Source: Klebsiella phage vB_KpnP_BUCT711
Strand: one strand, 5' to 3'
Sequence record: OM816836.1
DNA length: 38,367 bases
Positions 32,596-38,367 of this stretch are shown in pieces. The position numbers were made by a program, and so were the translations under genes. Position 1 is the first letter of the stretch. Every line of letters starts with the position of its first letter. Below the pieces are notes generated by a model that worked only from the letters and a program-made list of their open reading frames with translations, searched no databases and was not told the origin of the DNA.

Positions 32596-34271
32596 TGCGT
32601 CACCGCCGGCTGCTGAGCAGCATCAGAGAGGGTTTTTAACAGGCTAGGGTCAGCGGTGTTGGTATCGCTCAGGGTCTTAGCGGTTGCGCCAGCTTGCTGG
32701 GCCATAGCCATCATCTGCTGCTGTTGTTCCATTTGAGCGCGCTGTTCGCGCGTGGCTTGCACCTCATCATCAGAGTTAACGATCGTGGCCGGGACGCCGA
32801 GCATATTTCCGTACTCGTCAATCGTCTGGTCGATATTGAGTTTGTCGAGCGCCGCAGGATTGGCTTTTGCAAGATTCCCAACAAAGCCAACAAAGCGCTC
32901 AACGCTGCTGATCCCTATGGATTTCTGGGCCTGTGCCAAAATGGAGACATATTCAACTTTCAGAGGAGTGCCCTGCAGTTCTTCCGGTGGCTCAGGAAAG
33001 AGGTTGCGGCGCGCCATGATGTTGAATGTGCGATCAACGAAAGGATCAAGGAATTCATCATTAAGTCGCTCCAGTACTGGACCAAGCTGCAGGAGTTTCT
33101 CATCCTGCATTGCGGCCACAGCCTCCACTGGCATGCTCCTGGTGTTGATGGTGCTGAACAGGTTAAACAGGTCAGAGAAGAAGCAGGCTTCAATCATTTG
33201 GCGGTCATCAGCAATGCTGCCGAGCATGTCATTAAGCTGAGGGCTGACGGCGTAAGCCGGACGCACTAGCTTGGTAGCGTCAACCTCATCAACATAAGTA
33301 ACGCCGCCAGGGGCAAGGTTGATCAGCTTATTTTTAAGACCTGTCGGGGCCACCATTGGCGGGTTAACAAGCTTATCGATCGCGTTAGCTTTGCGAATTT
33401 GCTCCAACTGCAGCGCCTTACCAGTACCGAGCGCCATCATTCCCGGGCAGTTACTCCCGTAAACGTCTTCCCCGTTAATCTCCCAGCGCGGTGAAAGGAT
33501 CGGCGGCTCATCAAAACCAGCCTCACGAAGGAGCTTGTCACCGTCTCCGGACAACTCGAAATACACCGATTTGAATGCCTTGTTGCGGGAGTTCAGCTTG
33601 CCATTCACACGATCGATATTGGGCTCTGTCAGATGGACCACATCGAACCATGCTTCATAGTTCGCGTTATCCCAGGCGCCGCGCACGGCGTTACTGACGT
33701 TGTCCAGGCCAAACTGCATAACAATCTGGCGGGCAGTCATGGAGAAAACGCGATACGTGGTATCGACTGACAAACGATGCGAGTTTGACAGGTAGTAACT
33801 TCCGATCGGCAGAGGATGAGTACGAATCACATCTTCGTCGTCTTCGAGAACCGCCATAGCCGCGGTACCAAAAACACCAAGGTGCCGGTAGATAATCGGC
33901 AGGGACTGGTAGACGTTAGAGCGGTTCATGACGTCGTTCATCCTGGTCATGACCACATCAAGCCAGCGTTTTACCGGTCCATATTGCATCATCTCCGGAT
34001 CCGGCGTTGCCAGCTTAAACCATGGGCGGGTTGGGCTGGTGATACCTGACAGCATGCCTGATTGCAGAGTGCGGGCAGCTTTAGAGGCGGTAGGGTCAAC
34101 GATGCGGGTATTACGCTTGCTGCCGTTGTTTCTCTCCGTCGTAAGAAAGCGCGTGCTGCGCGGATCGATAAATTCCGCCAGTTCGCGCCAGTGCTCCTCA
34201 AAGCTGGTGCGCTCATTTTTGAGCTGCCCCAGGTGTTTGAGGTAATGCTGTTTCGGAGAGAGTTCGGCCAT
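32592..34271 (-). CDS. portal protein
   Basis: 559 aa, precedes the scaffold and capsid genes; size and position fit a portal. Confidence 0.75.
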   Translation of the reverse strand: MAELSPKQHYLKHLGQLKNERTSFEEHWRELAEFIDPRSTRFLTTERNNGSKRNTRIVDPTASKAARTLQSGMLSGITSPTRPWFKLATPDPEMMQYGPVKRWLDVVMTRMNDVMNRSNVYQSLPIIYRHLGVFGTAAMAVLEDDEDVIRTHPLPIGSYYLSNSHRLSVDTTYRVFSMTARQIVMQFGLDNVSNAVRGAWDNANYEAWFDVVHLTEPNIDRVNGKLNSRNKAFKSVYFELSGDGDKLLREAGFDEPPILSPRWEINGEDVYGSNCPGMMALGTGKALQLEQIRKANAIDKLVNPPMVAPTGLKNKLINLAPGGVTYVDEVDATKLVRPAYAVSPQLNDMLGSIADDRQMIEACFFSDLFNLFSTINTRSMPVEAVAAMQDEKLLQLGPVLERLNDEFLDPFVDRTFNIMARRNLFPEPPEELQGTPLKVEYVSILAQAQKSIGISSVERFVGFVGNLAKANPAALDKLNIDQTIDEYGNMLGVPATIVNSDDEVQATREQRAQMEQQQQMMAMAQQAGATAKTLSDTNTADPSLLKTLSDAAQQPAVTQ

Positions 34272-34274
34272 GGA

Positions 34275-34493
34275 TTACGCCCCGAGCAGGGTCTTACCCT
34301 GAGTGCCGCCAGAAGGCTGCGTTACACCCTGGCTCGACGTCAGGATTGTTGATTTCTGCCCACCCGCTGCGGCACGGCGGCGACGATCACTATCAGCGGC
34401 GTTCTGTACAGCAGAATCGGAAACCTGCGGCGCCGCCTGAACCTGCGGAGAACTCACTTTCGGCTTGCTGATGCACATTTTGCTGCGCTCCAT
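34275..34493 (-). CDS. hypothetical small protein
   Basis: 72 aa, Ser/Gln-rich. Confidence 0.4.
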   Translation of the reverse strand: MERSKMCISKPKVSSPQVQAAPQVSDSAVQNAADSDRRRRAAAGGQKSTILTSSQGVTQPSGGTQGKTLLGA

Positions 34494-34569
34494 ACGCGTT
34501 TAAATTATTACCAATTTAACCACATATTATTTATTTGTCGTAGTGTATTGACCTTTTGACGATAAATTA

Positions 34570-34584
34570 TTACCTTTTTGGTAA
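34570..34584. promoter_or_regulatory. operator TTACCtttttGGTAA between portal-side genes and the tRNA
   Basis: Perfect site, identical to 4272 and 6402; a conserved half-site ATTATTACC lies at 34504-34512. Confidence 0.6.
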
Positions 34585-34899
34585 ACACAACATGAAAGCG
34601 CACCCCATTCCCTTCCATTGGTGGCTTTGTCGTTACTCAGATGGCGGAGTGCGCTTCCAGGTGTGAAAGCATCCGGCGTATGGCACATGCGTCGATAGCG
34701 GTCCGGGGGCTCCTTGGTACATGGCCCAGCGGGTAGCCGGAATGTGCAAGCCATGCCCTGCATGCACGACAGCGACTCACCATCGTGGCGGTACGGTGTG
34801 ACACCTCGGAAGAGACGAGGATGCAACGATGAGAGCATTGGCGGAAGCAACGCCTCCCTCGCCGGGTGGTCCACTGTGGTAATCAGTGCTCTCTTCGTT

Positions 34900-34976
34900 G
34901 TGGCATTAGCTCAGTCGGATAGAGCAACCGCCTTCTAAGCGGTTGGTCGCAGGTTCGAATCCTGCATGCTGCGCCA
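34900..34976 (+). tRNA. tRNA-Arg (anticodon UCU), argU-like, phage-encoded
   Basis: Cloverleaf: acceptor GTGGCAT/ATGCTGC (two G-U pairs); D-arm TAGCTCAGTCGGATAGAGCA; anticodon stem-loop CCGCC-tTCTaa-GCGG(TT); T-arm GCAGGTTCGAATCCTGC; discriminator G then CCA. Confidence 0.8.
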
Positions 34977-35022
34977 GAATCACGCTTCATGACCGTGATA
35001 CCCGTAGTTACAGTGCAAGTTT

Positions 35023-35065
35023 GGCGGTGGCAGTTATTCCCTTTCTGACCACCGCCCTTTTTACC
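35023..35065 (+). terminator. hairpin plus T-run after the tRNA
   Basis: GGCGGTGG...(18-nt loop)...CCACCGCC then CTTTTT. Confidence 0.4.
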
Positions 35066-35075
35066 GGAGAAAAGT

Positions 35076-35321
35076 ATGAATATTGACCTCGGATATTTCC
35101 AAAACGTGTTCTTCAACGTGGCCTCTGACTTTCAGATTACTTCTGAATGCATGCGTGAACCGAGTGTTTTGTACAGACCGACACTTAGTCAGGATGGAGA
35201 TAAATGGCTTGCGATATATGGCGACCTGCCAACCGGAGTTGTCGGCGTAGGTAGCACCCCAGAAGAAGCCATGCGGGAATTCAACAAAGCATGGTTAGCG
35301 CCGGCAACAAAAGCCGCCTAA
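35076..35321 (+). CDS. HicB-like (UPF0150-fold) small protein, orphan
   Basis: DGDKWLAIYGDLPTGVVGVGSTPEEAMREFNKAWL matches the HicB N-domain pattern ..G.Y.A.VPDLPG..G.T.EEA...EA...WL; SD GGAGAAAAGT. Confidence 0.5.
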   Translation: MNIDLGYFQNVFFNVASDFQITSECMREPSVLYRPTLSQDGDKWLAIYGDLPTGVVGVGSTPEEAMREFNKAWLAPATKAA

Positions 35322-35414
35322 TGCGGCTTTACACCATGACGCCATTGCGATGACTTCATGCTGTAAACCCTGTGACACCCAGCCAAGGACGGCACTTTCC
35401 ATCATCCCTGTTTC

Positions 35415-35439
35415 GCCCGGTTCGTCCGGGCATTTTTTT
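35415..35439 (+). terminator. rho-independent terminator
   Basis: GCCCGG ttcgt CCGGGC followed by ATTTTTTT. Confidence 0.6.
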
Positions 35440-35444
35440 GCCTG

Positions 35445-35473
35445 GTGACTGAGAGCTACCATAACGGTATACT
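35445..35473 (+). promoter_or_regulatory. candidate promoter for the AT-rich moron gene
   Basis: -35 GTGACT, 17-bp spacer, -10 TATACT. Confidence 0.4.
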
Positions 35474-35498
35474 CCCATAAAAAACATATGGGATTACC

Positions 35499-36290
35499 AT
35501 GTTAGAATCACTTAAAGAATTCACGACATCGACATTCAACACAGCAATGAATCGCGTTAAGAACCCTGCATTCGGTGCTTTCGCAATTTCATGGTGCGCA
35601 TTTAACTGGAAGCAAATACTTTATTTGTTTTTTGCTGATAACGGAATTTATTACAAAATAGAATATATTTCTCAAAATAGCAGTTGGTGGAGCGTAATTA
35701 TTTTACCTGCATTCTCGTCACTTGTTTTATGTGTTGGTTTACCATGGGTTAATAATGCTATAACGAAATGGCAAAGCAAGCCTCTTGACAATGCAGATTC
35801 AATTGAGAATTTCAAGCAGGCGCGCATGATTCAACGCTCCACGCGATTGCAGCGCCTGAAGGCCAAGCATGACGTGACTTACGACAGAGTTAAAACTGGC
35901 GCTGAAAAAGATATCCAATCAATGAAAGAACAAATAACTGAATCTCAGGCAAGAATGGGCGAGCTTACCAGTGAACGAGACGAGTTACGTAAAAAAATAA
36001 ATTTTTTAAATAAAGAAATTCAAAACCTTAAATCAAATATTGAGGACGCAAATTCAATTATCACTGAGAAGAATGAGCGCATTAGCCAGCTTGAAAACTC
36101 AAGAGAATCTTTATTGGCACAATTTAATCTTGACAATGCATCACAACGCACTCCGCTTGCAACGGCTCGAATATCTCCAACAGGTAGCAATATCGATATC
36201 TTAAATAGAAAAATTGACTCTTTATCAAGAAATGGCTACGACTTAAATAAAGAGCTTGCGATAAAAAATTCGGAAAACAAAAAAAATTAG
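35499..36290 (+). CDS. membrane-anchored coiled-coil protein (AT-rich moron; exclusion/abortive-infection candidate)
   Basis: Two N-terminal TM helices then about 170 aa of heptad-like K/E/N-rich sequence; markedly AT-rich versus the genome; own promoter and terminator; stop overlaps the TerL stop convergently. Confidence 0.55.
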   Translation: MLESLKEFTTSTFNTAMNRVKNPAFGAFAISWCAFNWKQILYLFFADNGIYYKIEYISQNSSWWSVIILPAFSSLVLCVGLPWVNNAITKWQSKPLDNADSIENFKQARMIQRSTRLQRLKAKHDVTYDRVKTGAEKDIQSMKEQITESQARMGELTSERDELRKKINFLNKEIQNLKSNIEDANSIITEKNERISQLENSRESLLAQFNLDNASQRTPLATARISPTGSNIDILNRKIDSLSRNGYDLNKELAIKNSENKKN

Positions 36291-37762
36291 GCCCACGGGT
36301 CATACTCGCTGATCACGTTGGGCTGCTTTCCGCCGGCAGCAGGGAAATCTGAACGCTTTGCCACTGGATAGGCGAATGTCAGAAGCAGCGCATCGCCCTT
36401 GCCCGGCGACCGGCCCAAACGCTCTTTGATATCTTCCTTCGGTTCCATGACGATCTTGCCGTCCACCCTCACCTTGTACTCTGCCGCGGACAGGTCGTCC
36501 GCCGTCTCCTGGTCATCCAGCGCGCCGCCGAGCTTGAGCCACGTCTTACAGGCGTTGAACATCTCACCGCGCTTATTCAGCATCTGTGGGTCTGACGATG
36601 CGCCGCCGAACGGCACAAGCTGCCAGGTGCGACCCCAGCCGTCACCGATGGACTTCAGCCCGGTACCGTAGCCGAAGTCGATAAACACCGCGTCAGCCTG
36701 GTACTGATCCTCAAAATCAGCGATACGCTTCGCCATAATCAGATCGTCGGTGGTCTTGTTGCCGGTCCACAGTACTTTGCTGTGCAGCCCCTGGCGGAGA
36801 TAAATCACTGCGTCATCCACGCCGGAATATGCCGGGTCGACGCCGATTATCCGCGGGGCGTGCGCCACCTGCGCAGCGGTCACAACGCGCTTCATCGCCT
36901 CGTCTGTCAGACCGGTAGGGATGAACTGCAGCTCTGATGCATCAGGGAAGATCCCGCGCACGCGGACCTTCACAAAGTCGCTGTCCTCGCCGTAGTCGTC
37001 CACCCATTTCTGCAGCTGCTGCTTGTTGGTGCCTTCGACGGTGCGGCTGTCGATCTGCGCGCACTTCCAGCGGTGCTTGTATTTGCGGAAGCACTCCCGG
37101 AATCGCCCGGTGTTGCGCGTTGGGTTACCGAACGCTACCCAGATAATTTCTGTGTCCTCGTCCGTCAGCGCGCCCTCGGCAACCTCCCACACCAGATCGG
37201 CAATATTGGAGGCCTCATCGAATACGACGATGATGCGCTTACGCTCGTTGTGGAGGCCGGCGAACGCTTCGGTATTGTGCTCAGACCAGGGAATAGCATC
37301 GGCGCGCCAGCGTTTGTCGTGGCCTGGATCGTTGCTGTACATCGCCGTAGCGGTGCAGGTGAACCATTCTTTCGTGATAGCCAGGTTCGACCATTTGATG
37401 ATTTCCGGCCAGGTCTTCGTGCGCAGCTGGTTGTCGGTGTTAGCGGTCACCACCACCTTGCAGTCCTCGCACGTCGACATGCCCCAGTTAATCAGCATCG
37501 AGATGAAAGCAGATTTACCGATACCGTGACCGGATGCGCGGGCCAGCATCAGCGGCTGATGACGCGTCGCGGGGTTCTGCAGGTGATCGCGAATCTCGCG
37601 GAATGCATCAGCCTGCCACTGTCGCGGCCCGGAGGCGTGTGCCAGTTCGGTGCCATCCTCACCCCACGGGAACGCATACAGCGCATAGCCAAGCGGGTCA
37701 TGGGTGAAGCTGGCGATATCGTCGATCAGCTGTTCTTCCGGGGATAAAGCGGCGTCTGTCAC
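36287..37762 (-). CDS. terminase large subunit (GTG start)
   Basis: Walker A ARASGHGIGKS; 491 aa; GTGA overlap with the TerS stop; SD GGGTGGTGA. Confidence 0.9.
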   Translation of the reverse strand: MTDAALSPEEQLIDDIASFTHDPLGYALYAFPWGEDGTELAHASGPRQWQADAFREIRDHLQNPATRHQPLMLARASGHGIGKSAFISMLINWGMSTCEDCKVVVTANTDNQLRTKTWPEIIKWSNLAITKEWFTCTATAMYSNDPGHDKRWRADAIPWSEHNTEAFAGLHNERKRIIVVFDEASNIADLVWEVAEGALTDEDTEIIWVAFGNPTRNTGRFRECFRKYKHRWKCAQIDSRTVEGTNKQQLQKWVDDYGEDSDFVKVRVRGIFPDASELQFIPTGLTDEAMKRVVTAAQVAHAPRIIGVDPAYSGVDDAVIYLRQGLHSKVLWTGNKTTDDLIMAKRIADFEDQYQADAVFIDFGYGTGLKSIGDGWGRTWQLVPFGGASSDPQMLNKRGEMFNACKTWLKLGGALDDQETADDLSAAEYKVRVDGKIVMEPKEDIKERLGRSPGKGDALLLTFAYPVAKRSDFPAAGGKQPNVISEYDPWA

Positions 37763-38343
37763 TGGTCACCACCCTGACGCTCTTTCAGGCGGCGCCGGGC
37801 GGCGGCCATGCGGTCGGCAATGGTGACGTTCACGTTAACTTCCATGCGCTCTTTGAATGCCATCACGTCAACATGCTTACCAATCAGCTCGAGGTTTTTC
37901 ACCTTGTCTGGCCATTTGATTTTCTTGAGGATGGTCTCTATCGAGGTCTCATCCATGTTCATGATGGTTGAGGACAGGTCAAACCCGCTTAGCGTGGTTC
38001 GCCAGATTTTCGGCCACTCGCGGATAGGCTTCAGGCTTCCGTCATCGTTCAGGATATCCAGCACATCCATCTGGTCGATTTCCACCAGGCGCAGCAGCAC
38101 GTAATCGGCGCTGACGCGCAGGCGCTTGTTGCGCTCATCCATGAGCTCAGCGATTCGTTTCTGGATACGCTCATCACGCATCATCGTGCTGGCTTTGACG
38201 TGGGCAGACTTTGGGGAGAACCCGGCATTGATGGCCGCCTGTGTCTGATTTTCAGGGCATTTAACATACTCCTGGGCGTAGGCTTCCTGCATCACCGTCA
38301 ACGGTTTGTACTGAGTTGATTTGCGCTTCGGATCCTTTGGCAT
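37759..38343 (-). CDS. terminase small subunit
   Basis: 194 aa from ATG 38343 (MPKDPKRK...), SD GGGGTG; HTH-like N-terminal region; immediately upstream of TerL. Confidence 0.7.
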   Translation of the reverse strand: MPKDPKRKSTQYKPLTVMQEAYAQEYVKCPENQTQAAINAGFSPKSAHVKASTMMRDERIQKRIAELMDERNKRLRVSADYVLLRLVEIDQMDVLDILNDDGSLKPIREWPKIWRTTLSGFDLSSTIMNMDETSIETILKKIKWPDKVKNLELIGKHVDVMAFKERMEVNVNVTIADRMAAARRRLKERQGGDQ

Positions 38344-38367
38344 GGTAAACACCCCGAAAATAATTAC

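Noticed and set aside
34900-34976. tRNA-Arg as the prophage attachment site or host boundary
   Set aside because: The tRNA is complete and is flanked on both sides by phage packaging and head genes. Integrase lies 22 kb away. It is more consistent with a phage-carried tRNA.
1-38367. CRISPR arrays, IS/transposase genes, rRNA
   Set aside because: No regularly spaced direct repeats, no transposase-like ORFs with terminal inverted repeats, and no rRNA-like segments were seen.

Overview
The window reads as one complete temperate phage genome of about 38.4 kb, enterobacterial-like in composition. It appears circularly permuted: the last bases (…ATAATTAC) and the first bases (CTTTTAGGTAATAAT…) together rebuild a 15-bp motif that recurs throughout the genome. 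No host genes, IS elements or CRISPR arrays are evident.

Gene order, reading the minus strand from high to low coordinates:
- Terminase small and large subunits (TerS, TerL).
- A plus-strand island: tRNA-Arg(UCU), a HicB-like small protein, and an AT-rich membrane coiled-coil protein.
- Portal, scaffold and major capsid, followed by a T7-like tail and ejection module (gp11/gp12-like proteins, then three internal virion proteins of 600-830 aa).
- A plus-strand moron region at 17-18.5 kb.
- A tailspike with a T7 gp17-like N-terminus and an SGNH esterase domain.
- A lysis cassette: two membrane proteins, an endolysin, and an embedded Rz/Rz1 spanin pair.
- A tyrosine integrase with flanking ATACCGT direct repeats (probable attP).
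- The lambdoid early region. It includes a plus-strand recombination operon (exonuclease, RecT, AlpA/Xis-like, PerC-like, MT-A70 adenine methyltransferase), a divergent immunity region (tandem-HTH repressor without a peptidase domain versus a Cro-like protein), and a leftward operon (zinc-finger protein, Ser/Thr phosphatase, replication initiator carrying iteron-like repeats, DUF1064, a Dcm-like cytosine-5 methyltransferase, hypotheticals, and a UmuD'-like gene behind a perfect LexA box).

The most striking feature is a 15-bp palindrome, TTACC-N5-GGTAA with an AT-rich spacer. It occurs at least ten times perfectly and at least four times imperfectly. Every copy is intergenic and sits in front of a transcription unit: the immunity region, the nin-like operon, integrase, tailspike and morons, the tRNA region and the late operon. 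This suggests a genome-wide operator network, possibly controlled by the non-cleavable repressor, with SOS input through LexA-boxed genes. All calls were made by eye from sequence and the ORF track; no searches were run.
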